Origin: Acidobacteriota bacterium | Lineage (GTDB): Bacteria; Acidobacteriota; Thermoanaerobaculia; Gp7-AA8 | NCBI GenBank assembly: GCA_025463165.1 | Contig: JAOBAU010000337.1 | Location: 1,073 to 65,072 of the forward strand | DNA length: 64,000 nt | Direction of reading: 5' to 3' | In this document: in pieces, positions 19,101-28,030 of the stretch | Layout: every line of letters begins with the position of its first letter | Numbering within the stretch: position 1 is the first letter of the stretch | The notes under the pieces: generated by a model | Database searches by the model: none | Told to the model about the DNA's origin: nothing | The model's input: the letters and a program-made list of their open reading frames with translations, nothing else | Translations under genes and position numbers: made by a program

Positions 19101-21576
19101 CGCGGCCGGGATCGGGGTATTTGTCAGGATCACCGCCGCGGCGGATGCCGAGGTAGTAGGGAACGGGGTGCACCGGAACGTGTGCGATCGCGGAGACGCC
19201 GCGGCCGCCCTGTTCCTGCACGCGCGCAACGACGAGCGCTTCGAGCGACGATGGAACCTGGAGTCCGGCGGGAATGGCGAAGCGGAACTGTTTCGCGCCG
19301 GCGGCATCGAGCGCGCCGCTCTCGGTGGCCAGCTCGCGCGATTCGAATTTGCGATCGTTGTTCGCGAACGCGTAGCTCTCGAATCCGGTCGGCGTGAACT
19401 GCACCGGCATCAATCGCACGCGTGTTTCAACAGTGAGGTTCGCGGCCGGTGGACCAAAGAGATAGTTGCTGCCGACGTCGTAAATGAGGTCGTCGCCCGG
19501 CGACGCGGCTTTCGTCTTCGGCCGGATCTCGACCTTGATGCGATCGGGGACGAACTCCTCGACCTGGAAGCGATACGTGCCGATGACTTCCGTGCCGGCG
19601 ATGACGTCGAGCCGATGGTGGCCGGTGCGCGCGTACGGCGGAAGTTTGATCGTGAACGGCGCGACGCCGCCGTCGCCGATGGTGAGGCGCGTGCTTTCGC
19701 GCTCGTCGCTGCCGTCGAAATGTTTGGCGACGAGCGGCATTTGCGGTGGCGGTTGCAGCATCCGGTCGCGCACGACGGCGACGCCTTCGACGACTTCGCC
19801 GGGACGATAGATATCGCGCTCGGCGTAGACGAACGCGAAGTAGCCGGCGGCGGGCAGCTGATCGCCGGCGACGTCGAACGGCGAGATGTCGATCTGGCTC
19901 TTGTCGAAGTGGAGGAAGCTGTAGTCGCCACCTTTCTGCAGCGTGATGATCAGCGGCTTCTTTTTGCCGAGGATTTTGGTGAGCCCTTTGAGGTGGAAGA
20001 CGCCGCGCTCGTCGGTGCGGCCGGTTGCGAGCGTCTGGTTTTGCGTGCTGATCAGCGAGACCGCGGCGCCGTCGATCGGCGCGAGATCTTTGAACGACGA
20101 CGCCCATACGATCAGCTCGTCCTCCCCTTCTTTGGCGACGATGCCGATGTCTGTGATGAGAATCCAGCGAACGGACTGGTGATGCGCGTCGGCGACGGTG
20201 ACGCGATAGAGACCGGGCTCCGCCTTCTTCACGTACGGCTCGAGCGAGATCGTCGTTACGATCTTTTTGTTATGCGCTTTGCGCAAAGGCACGCGGCGGT
20301 AGGCGAGCCGATCGCCGAGCGACTCGGAGACGCCGGAGATCGAGACGTCGCTGTTCGGATCGACGTCGGCGTCCTCGTCGTATTCGTAGTTGTAGGAGCG
20401 GTAGTCGTACTGGTGCGTGAGCGCGAAGGCGATGTTGTTTCGATAGACGCGATCGACCGCGACCCAGGCTTCATCGACGTTCACGCTTTCGATGGCGACG
20501 TTTTTCCAGCCGCTGGCGGAGAGGAACATCCCTTCGCTCTGAAAGTCGAGCGAGTGCGCGAGATCGGGAAAGGTGACGTCGGCCGCGTAGCCGGCTTCGA
20601 GCGTGGCGTCGTCGGTGGCCGGCAGGCCTTTCGCGACGACGACGTGATACGCGCTGCCGGGCGTGAACGCGCCGATGAGCTGCAGGTCGTTCCCTTCGAC
20701 GCCGAGCTGGTACTTCACGGCCGGCGTGACGGTGACGAATTTCGAGGCGACGTCGGCAGCAACGGCTGACGACAGCTCGATGCGCAACGTCGACTCGTTC
20801 GTTCCCGATTTCCCTTCGACGTTGCGGACGACGAGCTTGTCGGACGAGCCGAGCTTCACCTCCTGCACGTAATCGTTTTGCAGGACGGAGCCGCGAATGC
20901 AGCCGGCCAGACCTTTCGAGATGACGAGCTTCAGCGTCCGCTCGCTGTTGCGCTTCTGCAGCGGGCGGCTGCGAAACGAAATGTCGGCGTTGCATCCCGG
21001 CGGCGAGGCGATCTCGAGCGGCTGATGCTCGTTGCCGTCGATCAGCTCGGCGCGCGTCACGAGCAGCTCGGGATTCACGTCGTAGTTGAGATAGATATCG
21101 CCCTGCAGCACGACGATGTGCCGCGCGGCGTCGATGACCTCTTCGTTGGTGACGATGGAACGGACGATCAGATCGTCGATGCGTACGCGCAGCTCGCCGT
21201 CGCCGCGAAAGCGCTGGCCGGCGGCGAGGAAGCGCGACTTGTTGAGCGTGATCGTGAATTGCGCGCCGGGGGCGAAACCGCCAGCCGGCTCGAAGCGGAG
21301 GACGTTGTTGGTGCGCCAGCGCCAGACGCCCTGCACGTGCGGATCGATGGTCGCCGGCGGCGGGATGACGACGCGGCCGGCCTGCGCGACGGAGACCGGG
21401 CGATCGAAGGTGATGTCGACCCAGGCGCGCTGGTTCCGATCGAGCTGCACGTCGAAGACGCCGATCGAGGAGTCATCGGCGGGAGCCGCGTTGTGCTGCA
21501 CCAACTGCGCGATGGCGGTCACGCCCGCGATGAACGCGAGCACGACGCCGAGAGCAATGAGATTTCGCCGTTCCAT
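16183..21576 (-). CDS. Bacterial alpha-2-macroglobulin family protein (thioester-containing), 1797 aa
   Basis: The size fits, and the thioester motif YPYGCVEQTTS (CxEQ) is present. N-terminal signal anchor. Stop TGA overlaps pbpC ATG (ATGA). Confidence 0.9.
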   Translation of the reverse strand: MERRNLIALGVVLAFIAGVTAIAQLVQHNAAPADDSSIGVFDVQLDRNQRAWVDITFDRPVSVAQAGRVVIPPPATIDPHVQGVWRWRTNNVLRFEPAGGFAPGAQFTITLNKSRFLAAGQRFRGDGELRVRIDDLIVRSIVTNEEVIDAARHIVVLQGDIYLNYDVNPELLVTRAELIDGNEHQPLEIASPPGCNADISFRSRPLQKRNSERTLKLVISKGLAGCIRGSVLQNDYVQEVKLGSSDKLVVRNVEGKSGTNESTLRIELSSAVAADVASKFVTVTPAVKYQLGVEGNDLQLIGAFTPGSAYHVVVAKGLPATDDATLEAGYAADVTFPDLAHSLDFQSEGMFLSASGWKNVAIESVNVDEAWVAVDRVYRNNIAFALTHQYDYRSYNYEYDEDADVDPNSDVSISGVSESLGDRLAYRRVPLRKAHNKKIVTTISLEPYVKKAEPGLYRVTVADAHHQSVRWILITDIGIVAKEGEDELIVWASSFKDLAPIDGAAVSLISTQNQTLATGRTDERGVFHLKGLTKILGKKKPLIITLQKGGDYSFLHFDKSQIDISPFDVAGDQLPAAGYFAFVYAERDIYRPGEVVEGVAVVRDRMLQPPPQMPLVAKHFDGSDERESTRLTIGDGGVAPFTIKLPPYARTGHHRLDVIAGTEVIGTYRFQVEEFVPDRIKVEIRPKTKAASPGDDLIYDVGSNYLFGPPAANLTVETRVRLMPVQFTPTGFESYAFANNDRKFESRELATESGALDAAGAKQFRFAIPAGLQVPSSLEALVVARVQEQGGRGVSAIAHVPVHPVPYYLGIRRGGDPDKYPDPGRAVTFEWVAVGHDEKPSPAGTLRAELMEDRWHCLLRRSSSGSYDYVTTRETRQVAVKSLAAGLTHGSFVFTPREYGSYRVVITDAATGASAEVEFYASGRGYSPWAMKNPGRLQLELDKDEYAPGDTAIVQVKAPFAGKLLITLERDRIHYISIETLAGNSAKISIPITADLRPNGYVTATLVRTAGDLEPGEAGRAFGAIPINVDRTANRVAPAIKAPAELRANRTLPIDVTAEPGAIVTIAAVDEGILQLIAQKTADPFSWFYRKLALGTSTYDIFAQLLPEVKPKGKAAAGGSESGEGQAQYVRADSIRRAKPVSYWSGPLKADANGRVHTEFAIPDFQGGIRVMAVVHRGRRFGSSEAMVRVHDPITLLPTVPRFLSVGDQVSIPITVRNDTGRAGRFSVELTGAVRQQLDLPNATEKTAYFTLTAPHQPGEIVFTATASGNGEKSSAKFDVPVRWDLPLETVEVAGPFTENAATFRPELVKPFVPGSVERTLVVSPLPIVRFRGKLKYLLHYPYGCVEQTTSSVFPLIYFSDLAKELDPDAFRNNESTAMVHEGIRRLATMQTYSGGFSMWPYGQNVYPWGSAYATHFLVEARRAGHPVDSPIYDRALAFIANDAKARSDYDELDLERVVYELYILARAGKPDLGTMDFLRAHHASDLHPEGRALLAAAYATVGNPVAIQTLLSGLHDVDDVARTTGNNLDSAIRNRAMLLLAILDASPNDARIAPLVERLARDAAQPYWTTQESAFALLALGQFIKHQKAMPPYSGAVFLDNRLIGTFENRTAVFRNIQGEGTIRVKMNGAYTSGAAFYSLDARGVKTAAAFKPESSGIRVTRELHTRDGSPIDPTGVTQGELLICTMKIESLNGRLDNVVVQNLIPAGLEVENPRLKTTEKLPWMTDGSECTNVDIRDDQVLYFVELPASGALTFYTLLRAVTPGVFQQQPLFAEAMYARANHAVGERGVFIVRKR

Positions 21577-21671
21577 GATGGCTTACATAAGAAAGCCCGA
21601 ATGGGGAACGGGAACGGCACAACAAAGGAAAGTGGATGCGCGCCTTGTGGCGGAATTGTGGCGGGCGCCAC

Positions 21672-21746
21672 GTCATCCTGAGCGCGGCGAAGGATCTCAG
21701 GATGGAGAGCGGCGCATTTGAGATCCTTCGCTGCGCTCAGGATGAC
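21672..21746. repeat. 27-bp inverted-repeat element (SAAKDL-type) with 21-nt loop
   Basis: Arms gtcatcctgagcgcggcgaaggatctc and gagatccttcgctgcgctcaggatgac have 26/27 complementarity. The element lies 5 nt after the mrp stop and about 95 nt upstream of the A2M start. Confidence 0.6.
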
Positions 21747-21750
21747 GGGA

Positions 21751-22863
21751 TTAGTGCGTATGCGCGTGATCGTGATCGTGATCGTGCGCGCCGTGCGTGT
21801 GACCTTCCATCCCCGCCTCAACCTGGGCGACGACCATCTGCGCGAGCGCTTCGAACGCTTTCGTGGCGGGTGAATCCGGGCGCAGCACGACGATCGGCTG
21901 GCCGCTGTCGCCGCCGACGACGACCTGCGGATCGATCGGAACTTCGCCGAGAAACGGCACGCCGAGCATTTCCGCGGTCTTCTTGCCGCCGCCGTGACCG
22001 AAGATCTCTTCGCGCTCGCCGCAGTGGCGGCAGATGAAGTAGCTCATGTTCTCGATGAGGCCGATGACGGGAACGTTCACTTTGCGGAACATCGCCAGCC
22101 CTTTGCGCGCATCGATGAGCGCAACGTCCTGCGGCGTGGTGACGACGACGGCGCCGGTGAGCGGCACCTTCTGCGTGAGCGTCAACTGCGCGTCGCCGGT
22201 GCCTGGCGGCAGATCGATGATCAGGAAATCGAGCACGCCCCACTTCACGTCGGTGAGGAACTGATCGAGCGCTTTCATCACCATCGGACCGCGCCAGATC
22301 ACCGGCGTGTCGGGATCGGTGATGAGGCCGAGCGACATCGTCTTGATGCCGTGGTTCTCCATCGGGATGATCTTCTCGTCGGTCTCGTCGATCTGCGGAC
22401 GTCCTTCGATGCCAAGCATCATCTGCTGCGACGGACCGTAGATATCGGCGTCGAGGAGACCGACGGTGTAGCCGAGGCGGCGGAGGGAGAGCGCGAGGTT
22501 CGTCGAGACGGTCGACTTACCGACGCCCCCCTTTCCGGATGCGACCGCAATCTTGTAGCGAACGCCTTCGAGAATGCCGCGCGCGCCGCCGGCCATGCCG
22601 GGAGCGGGCTGGTTGGTGCGCGGCGCGACCTGCAGCTGGACGTCGACGGTTTCCACTCCGGGCAGCGTGCGAACGGCGGCTTCGGCATCACGGCGCAGCG
22701 TGGCGCCGACGGAAGGATTCTCGGTCTGGAAGTTGATTGCGAATGAGACGTGGCCGCCGTCGACTTTCACGTCGCGGACGAAACCGAATGAGACGATGTC
22801 GCGCGAGAGGCCGGGAAAGCGGACCTTCTTCAGCGCTTCGAGCACTTCATCCTGACTGGGCAT
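21751..22863 (-). CDS. apbC: Fe-S cluster carrier ATPase Mrp/ApbC with N-terminal DUF59 and His-rich C-terminal tail
   Basis: Walker A KIAVASGKGGVGKST, CxxC (ICRHC) and C-terminal HTHGAHDHDHDHAHTH. ATG at 22863 (MPSQDEVLEAL). Confidence 0.9.
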   Translation of the reverse strand: MPSQDEVLEALKKVRFPGLSRDIVSFGFVRDVKVDGGHVSFAINFQTENPSVGATLRRDAEAAVRTLPGVETVDVQLQVAPRTNQPAPGMAGGARGILEGVRYKIAVASGKGGVGKSTVSTNLALSLRRLGYTVGLLDADIYGPSQQMMLGIEGRPQIDETDEKIIPMENHGIKTMSLGLITDPDTPVIWRGPMVMKALDQFLTDVKWGVLDFLIIDLPPGTGDAQLTLTQKVPLTGAVVVTTPQDVALIDARKGLAMFRKVNVPVIGLIENMSYFICRHCGEREEIFGHGGGKKTAEMLGVPFLGEVPIDPQVVVGGDSGQPIVVLRPDSPATKAFEALAQMVVAQVEAGMEGHTHGAHDHDHDHAHTH

Positions 22864-23599
22864 CTTGTTTCTCCTTCTGGAAGCGCTCGAATGAGTCGCG
22901 GATGATCGCGATCGCTTCGTCCGATGACGGCACGACGCGAATGACGTCGAGGTCGGTCGGACTGGCAAGCCCGCGCTCGATCATCGTCGCATTCATCCAG
23001 TCGAGCAGACCGGGCCACATTGTACCGACCAGGATCAGCGGATGCTGCTTCATGTGTTTGACCTGCAGGAGCTGCCAGACCATGAAGAGCTCGAGCGCCG
23101 TCCCGATGCCGCCCGGCATCACGATGAACGCGGAGGAGAGTCGGACGAAGTGATGCAGCCGCGAGAAAAACGTGCGGTGGCGAAAGACTTTGTCGACGAA
23201 CGGATTCGCCGATTCTTCGGTCGGCAGATGGATCGCGAGCCCGAATGATCGCGAGCTGCTTTCTTTCTGCCCTTCGACCGCGCCGGAGTTGGCCGCTTCC
23301 ATCAGTCCCGGCCCGCCGCCGGTGACGATGTCGACGCCCATCCGCGCCAGCTCGAAACTGAGCTTGCGGACCTCTTCGTAAATCGGATCGCCGCGCCGGA
23401 TGCGCGAGCTGCCGAAGATCGAGACGCGGTAATGCTCGACGCGGTCGGGCTGAATCTGATCGAGATCGTTGATCGTCTCCCAAAGCTGGTAGATGGCCTT
23501 GTCGAGAATGTGCGTCGGATCGACCGTCGGCCGGTTCTTCTTCGCTTCCGATTCTCGAAGAGCTTCCAGTTCGGGAGTGGTCGTGGTTGGCTTGGTCAT
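22847..23599 (-). CDS. LOG family protein (cytokinin riboside 5'-monophosphate phosphoribohydrolase-like, TIGR00730)
   Basis: GGGPGLMEA and PGGIGTALE motifs. Confidence 0.85.
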   Translation of the reverse strand: MTKPTTTTPELEALRESEAKKNRPTVDPTHILDKAIYQLWETINDLDQIQPDRVEHYRVSIFGSSRIRRGDPIYEEVRKLSFELARMGVDIVTGGGPGLMEAANSGAVEGQKESSSRSFGLAIHLPTEESANPFVDKVFRHRTFFSRLHHFVRLSSAFIVMPGGIGTALELFMVWQLLQVKHMKQHPLILVGTMWPGLLDWMNATMIERGLASPTDLDVIRVVPSSDEAIAIIRDSFERFQKEKQDAQSG

Positions 23600-23660
23600 C
23601 GTGAATACCGTCCCTGCTCCTGAGTGCTCGACGGCGAAGGAGCATGAACCGTGCTCAGGT

Positions 23661-24101
23661 TCAGAAGAGTTCCTCGGCCAGCGAGACGATGATGCCCGCC
23701 GGACCTCGCATGTAGCAGAGTCTGTACTTGTCTTCGTACTGCGCCACCTCGCCGACGAGCTCGGCGCCGATGGCGCGAAGGCGAGCGACCGTGTCGTCGA
23801 CGCTTTCGACGGTAAACATGACGCTCCGGAGACCCGGCGCGTTCGGCGGTGCGATTGCCGGTGAGAGCTCGATCAGCTCCGGATTCCGAAACTTCGTCAC
23901 TTCGAGCCGCCCGTGGCCGTCCGGAGTCCGCATCATGACGATGTCGGCCTGAACACCTTCGAGTGCGTTGATGCGGTCCACCCACGGACCCTCGACCGAC
24001 CCCTTGCCCTCGACGGTCATCCCGAGCGCGGTAAAGAAAGCAATCGCGCCTTCAAGGTCGTAGACGACGACGCTGATGTGGTCCAAACGCTTGATCGTCA
24101 T
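23661..24101 (-). CDS. VOC/glyoxalase-bleomycin resistance family protein
   Basis: LDHISVVVYDLEGAIAFF… VOC fold, 146 aa. Confidence 0.75.
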   Translation of the reverse strand: MTIKRLDHISVVVYDLEGAIAFFTALGMTVEGKGSVEGPWVDRINALEGVQADIVMMRTPDGHGRLEVTKFRNPELIELSPAIAPPNAPGLRSVMFTVESVDDTVARLRAIGAELVGEVAQYEDKYRLCYMRGPAGIIVSLAEELF

Positions 24102-24107
24102 ATCGCG

Positions 24108-24761
24108 CTACTTCGTGATCCAAACCTCTTTCGAATACTCGCGCAGCTTCGGCTCGGCGGCGTGGGCTTCCGCTTCGCCGGCGAATTTGACGCGCACTCG
24201 GTAGGTCGGTCCTTTGTCGTTCGTGCCGCGCTCGACGTATGCGGAGGTGAAACCGTGGTCGATCAGTTTGGCGGCGAGGGTTTCGGCGGTGTTCTTGTCG
24301 CCGGTGGAGAGAAGTTGCGCGTAGTACGGAACGGACGGCGTCGCGGGCGCGGCGGCGACCGGTGCAGGCTGCGGCGCGGCGATCGGTTTCGATGCTTCGA
24401 TCACGGTTGCGGTTGCGGCCGGCATTTCTGTCGATGGCGCTTCGGTCGTCGTCGGCGCGCTTTCGGTTGCGTGCGCGGTTGTCGTTGCATCTGCCGGCTT
24501 TTTGAAATCGTCGGCGTTGACGCCGAGCTCGACGATCGTGCCGCTGTTTTTCTTTGCGACAGCTGACGCTTCGGTGACGACGGCGGGCGCGGTGCGGACA
24601 ACCAGCCGTTCATCCGCCTGGCCTTTGCCGATCATCAGGCCAAAGGCGAACGATGCCGCGAGCGAGAGGAGCAGCAGGACGAACGCGACGAATGCCTGGC
24701 CGGCCGTCAGTGAAATTTCATAATGGGACTGATCGTCGGTGAGCACATCTTCAGACATCAC
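24108..24761 (-). CDS. SPOR domain-containing membrane protein (cell-division associated)
   Basis: TM helix FVAFVLLLLSLAASFAFGLMIG and an A/P/T-rich linker. C-terminal SPOR-like YYAQLLSTGDKNTAETLAAKL…YRVRV. Confidence 0.65.
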   Translation of the reverse strand: MMSEDVLTDDQSHYEISLTAGQAFVAFVLLLLSLAASFAFGLMIGKGQADERLVVRTAPAVVTEASAVAKKNSGTIVELGVNADDFKKPADATTTAHATESAPTTTEAPSTEMPAATATVIEASKPIAAPQPAPVAAAPATPSVPYYAQLLSTGDKNTAETLAAKLIDHGFTSAYVERGTNDKGPTYRVRVKFAGEAEAHAAEPKLREYSKEVWITK

Positions 24762-24780
24762 ACCCTCCCGTCTCGAACTT

Positions 24781-24877
24781 CATGCTGAGCGAAGCGAAGC
24801 ATCTCCGGTCCAGCAGCTGCGCAGTACGCCAACGTCACAGCTGCTGCACCATAGATCCTTCGCTTCGCTCAGGATAA
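24781..24877. repeat. Composite palindromic element, second copy of SAAKDL-type arms with nested inner hairpin
   Basis: Arms tgctgagcgaagcgaagcatc and gatccttcgcttcgctcagga. Inner palindrome cagcagctg…cagctgctg. Located between the lipoprotein stop and the SPOR gene start. Confidence 0.55.
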
Positions 24878-24879
24878 AC

Positions 24880-25548
24880 TCACTTGGCCGGCGGAGCGGC
24901 CGCGTTCCAGTTTGTGTGATAGACGACGCCGTTGTCAAAGTAGACGGCCGACGCTCCGCCGTCCTGTTTCGGATAGATCCAGACTGAATAGACGCGGCTG
25001 TTCTGCACGACCTGCTTGATCCAGTCCTCGCGCGGGACGCCGACCAGCTTGCGCACGTCGTCCTCTTTCATGCCGCTCTTCACGTTCGCGAACGACGCCA
25101 TCGCCACGTAGCGCCGCTTCTCGGCGGCGGCGATTCGCGCCAGCGCGTCGGCGTTCGACGGCTCGAACTGCAGCGCCTGGCGGTACTGTTCGATCGCGCG
25201 GTCGTAGCGCGACAGGACGTTCATGTACTGATCGCCGAGGATGATCTTCTCGTGTGCGAGCGCCTGCGAGGCGCGCGGGTCGCCGGTCCGCTCGTAATAC
25301 TCGGTCAGCTTGCGCATGAAGGCGTTGTACGGCTCTTCGATCTTCCGCGTGTTGTCGAGCACCAGCTCGATCTGCTGTTTGCGCGACGACGACGGCGACG
25401 GCACCGGCTGCGCTTTGCGCAACGTTTCCAGCCACTGCTGATCGGCGGCGATGAGGTTCCACTCCTTGTCGTTCGGCTTCGTCGGAATGGAAGGAGCGGT
25501 GGCGCAGGCGGAGGCGAAGAGCGCGATGGCGAGGAGGAGCTTTCTCAT
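24880..25548 (-). CDS. Lipoprotein, TPR-like helical, function unknown
   Basis: Lipobox LFASAC after MRKLLLAIA. 222 aa. Confidence 0.6.
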   Translation of the reverse strand: MRKLLLAIALFASACATAPSIPTKPNDKEWNLIAADQQWLETLRKAQPVPSPSSSRKQQIELVLDNTRKIEEPYNAFMRKLTEYYERTGDPRASQALAHEKIILGDQYMNVLSRYDRAIEQYRQALQFEPSNADALARIAAAEKRRYVAMASFANVKSGMKEDDVRKLVGVPREDWIKQVVQNSRVYSVWIYPKQDGGASAVYFDNGVVYHTNWNAAAPPAK

Positions 25549-25581
25549 GGACCGCTGGTTATTTTACATGACCCGCGATCG

Positions 25582-26688
25582 CTATCGCCGGAGCGCTTCC
25601 ACCAGTCGCACCACTTCCTTCTCCGCGCCGTCGCCGAACTCCGTCTTGATCTCGATGATCCAGCCGTAAAGCAGCTCGTTGAGCGCGGCGTGCACGATGG
25701 CTGCGCGGTCGTGCGAGCCGGAGGCGATCATGTTCGTCAGCAGCTGATCGAAATCGATCCGCCCTTCGTTGACGAGGTTCATGCCGGAGAGATACGGCAG
25801 CGTTTCCGGCGAGACGTGCAGGACGACGCGATCCATGAAGTCGTACGTGTGATCGCCGATCCGCTGAAAGACGAGGTTGAAGATTTTCTGGAACGCGGAG
25901 TTGTACTGCTCGACGATTCCTTCGAGCTCGTACTCGCTCGCCTCTTCGGCGCGTTTCACGTCGACGTCGGCGCTCTCCGCATCCTGCACAAGATTGACGG
26001 CGAGCAAACCCCACAGCGTGCGGCAGGTGACGAAGTTCGAGAGGTAGCTCTGCGCGCAGATCGCTTCAATCGTCCGCGGCTCGCGCATCAGTGAGAGGAC
26101 GTGCGTCTCTTCGTCCGACATCTCGAGGTGATAGCTGCGCGCGTCGACGCCGGGAACCTGTTCGAGAAGACGCGAGAGCCGGCCGAGGCCGCGCGAGATC
26201 AGCGACCAGAACTCGATGCCGGCGACGCCGTCGAGGATCAGCCGTTCCGTCGGGAGATTGAGTGAAAGGATCTCGTCAGGAAACTCGCTCGTGAACGACA
26301 GCGTGTAGCTGCCGCTGCGGTAACGCATCGAGCCGAGGACGATCGCGCTCGCCTGCTCTTCGACGGCTCGAATTAGTTCATCCGGATGCAGAAATCCCAT
26401 CTCGCAAAGGAGTGAGCCGATGCGACGCGATACGACCAGCTTTTCCATCGCTTCGTCGTACTGCTGGAGATTCAGCTCGCCCGATCGCAGCAGCACTTCG
26501 GCCAGCCCCATGTCGGGATCGGAGCTGGCGGCGGAGACGATGCGTCCTTCGGTGAAGTAGATCGTGTCGTTGCGGCCGATCGCTTCGAGAGAGACGATCG
26601 CCGTCTCCGCGCTGCGGACGAGCGAGCGGAAGAGATCGGGCACGGTCGTCTCGGCGAGTGTGCCCTGAATGGAAAGGTCGTCGGACAT
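25582..26688 (-). CDS. DUF4388 (PATAN-like) domain protein
   Basis: N-terminal LSIQGTLAETTVPDLFRSL is typical of DUF4388. ATG at 26688 preferred (gap of 13 nt after GGDEF stop). Confidence 0.6.
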   Translation of the reverse strand: MSDDLSIQGTLAETTVPDLFRSLVRSAETAIVSLEAIGRNDTIYFTEGRIVSAASSDPDMGLAEVLLRSGELNLQQYDEAMEKLVVSRRIGSLLCEMGFLHPDELIRAVEEQASAIVLGSMRYRSGSYTLSFTSEFPDEILSLNLPTERLILDGVAGIEFWSLISRGLGRLSRLLEQVPGVDARSYHLEMSDEETHVLSLMREPRTIEAICAQSYLSNFVTCRTLWGLLAVNLVQDAESADVDVKRAEEASEYELEGIVEQYNSAFQKIFNLVFQRIGDHTYDFMDRVVLHVSPETLPYLSGMNLVNEGRIDFDQLLTNMIASGSHDRAAIVHAALNELLYGWIIEIKTEFGDGAEKEVVRLVEALRR

Positions 26689-26701
26689 GGGAGCCCGAAG
26701 A

Positions 26702-28012
26702 TTACTCGCTGACGACCGGTTTTTGCGCATCCTCGACGGTGGCGATCCCGACCGCGTTCTTCGTCGTCGACTTCACGCGGTACATCGCCGCGTCCGCCTG
26801 GCGGATGAGCCCTTCCTTCGTCACGGCGTGCGCCGGATAGGTGGCGATGCCGAAGCTGGCGGTGATCGAGATCTCGACCGTCGCATCGAGTTGCAGCGGC
26901 AGCGCGGTCAGCGCTTTGCGGACGCGGTTCGCGACGAGCAGCGCCTGATCCTGATCGGTCTGCGGCAGGATGATGCAGAACTCGTCGCCGCCGAAGCGGA
27001 CGACTTTGTCGATGCCGCGCACCGCCGAGAGAATTCGCTTCGCCACTTCCTGCAGCGTGCGCGAGCCGGTCAGATGGCCGTAGAAGTTGTTGACCATCTT
27101 CAGGTCGTCGAGGTCGAGAAAGATGATGCTGAAGAGCGAGCCGTAGCGGCGCGAGCGCTCCATCTCCTCGTCGAGGTACGACTCGAAGAAGCGGCGGTTG
27201 TACGCCTTGGTGAGATCGTCGCGCATCGCCAGGTCGCGGCTGCGCGTCAGCTGATAGATGTTGCTGAGGACCTGGACGACGGCGGAGATGTAGCGGCCGA
27301 CGCTGCGGATCGTTTCGTCGTCGACCGGCAGCACGCCGGGCGGTTCGTCGCCGAGCGGCACGCGAATCACGCCGATCAGATCGTGCTCGACCTGCAGCGG
27401 AATGACGAGCAGCTTCATCTCGAGGTCCTGAGCGAACGAGAGGCCGGAGGCGAGCGCGCGCTGCAGGAGATCGGGCGGAATGCCGGGGAGGAACTCGCCG
27501 GTCTCGCGGTATTCGGGATCGTTCGAGAAGCTGACGACGTAACGCTCGAGCCGCGGATCATGGAGGAAGAGCGTGCCGCGCGCGAGCCCCAGGATGTTCA
27601 ACGCCGTGCGCGTGATCCGCTCGGAGACGGCGCCCGCTTCGACCATCGTCATCAGTTCCTGCACCTGCGACAGGTAGCTGATCTCCGCTTCGAGCTGTGC
27701 GGCGTGGATGGCGGTGTCGGCGAGATCGTTGGCGAAGAAGAGGTACTCGCCGGGATCGGCAAGGAAGACGTCGCGGCGAACGCGCATCTCTCCGTGACGG
27801 CGGCCGGATGGCGCGTCGGCGTCAGAAAGAATGATGCGCACGAGGCTCTTGCGAGGCGGCGGATCGATCTGCGCGTGCGAGTCGGAATCGATCAGCGCGA
27901 TCCGCGCGGTGTCGCGCGCGTCGCCATCCGGAGCGAAGGCGAGCGCCGGGCATAACCTGCGAAGATCGTCGACGACCTGGTGCCGTCCGCTGTAAACGCC
28001 GATGGTCTGCAT
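26702..28012 (-). CDS. GAF-GGDEF diguanylate cyclase
   Basis: RYGSLFSIIFLDLDDLKMVNNFYGH…RFGGDEFCIIL (GGDEF A-site). N-terminal GAF-like region. Confidence 0.85.
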   Translation of the reverse strand: MQTIGVYSGRHQVVDDLRRLCPALAFAPDGDARDTARIALIDSDSHAQIDPPPRKSLVRIILSDADAPSGRRHGEMRVRRDVFLADPGEYLFFANDLADTAIHAAQLEAEISYLSQVQELMTMVEAGAVSERITRTALNILGLARGTLFLHDPRLERYVVSFSNDPEYRETGEFLPGIPPDLLQRALASGLSFAQDLEMKLLVIPLQVEHDLIGVIRVPLGDEPPGVLPVDDETIRSVGRYISAVVQVLSNIYQLTRSRDLAMRDDLTKAYNRRFFESYLDEEMERSRRYGSLFSIIFLDLDDLKMVNNFYGHLTGSRTLQEVAKRILSAVRGIDKVVRFGGDEFCIILPQTDQDQALLVANRVRKALTALPLQLDATVEISITASFGIATYPAHAVTKEGLIRQADAAMYRVKSTTKNAVGIATVEDAQKPVVSE

Positions 28013-28030
28013 CTTTACGACCTAAGCGTT

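Noticed and set aside
18352-20769. 805-aa ORF on the plus strand antisense to the A2M gene. Similar long antisense or out-of-frame ORFs occur at 758-1960, 1152-2135, 5157-6074, 9016-10398, 12302-13873, 14267-15232, 26669-27955, 47393-49327 and 49576-51951.
   Set aside because: The translations are Arg/Ala/Gly-rich, low-complexity and lack motifs. They lie opposite strongly supported genes. This is the expected result of about 70% GC with rare stop codons.
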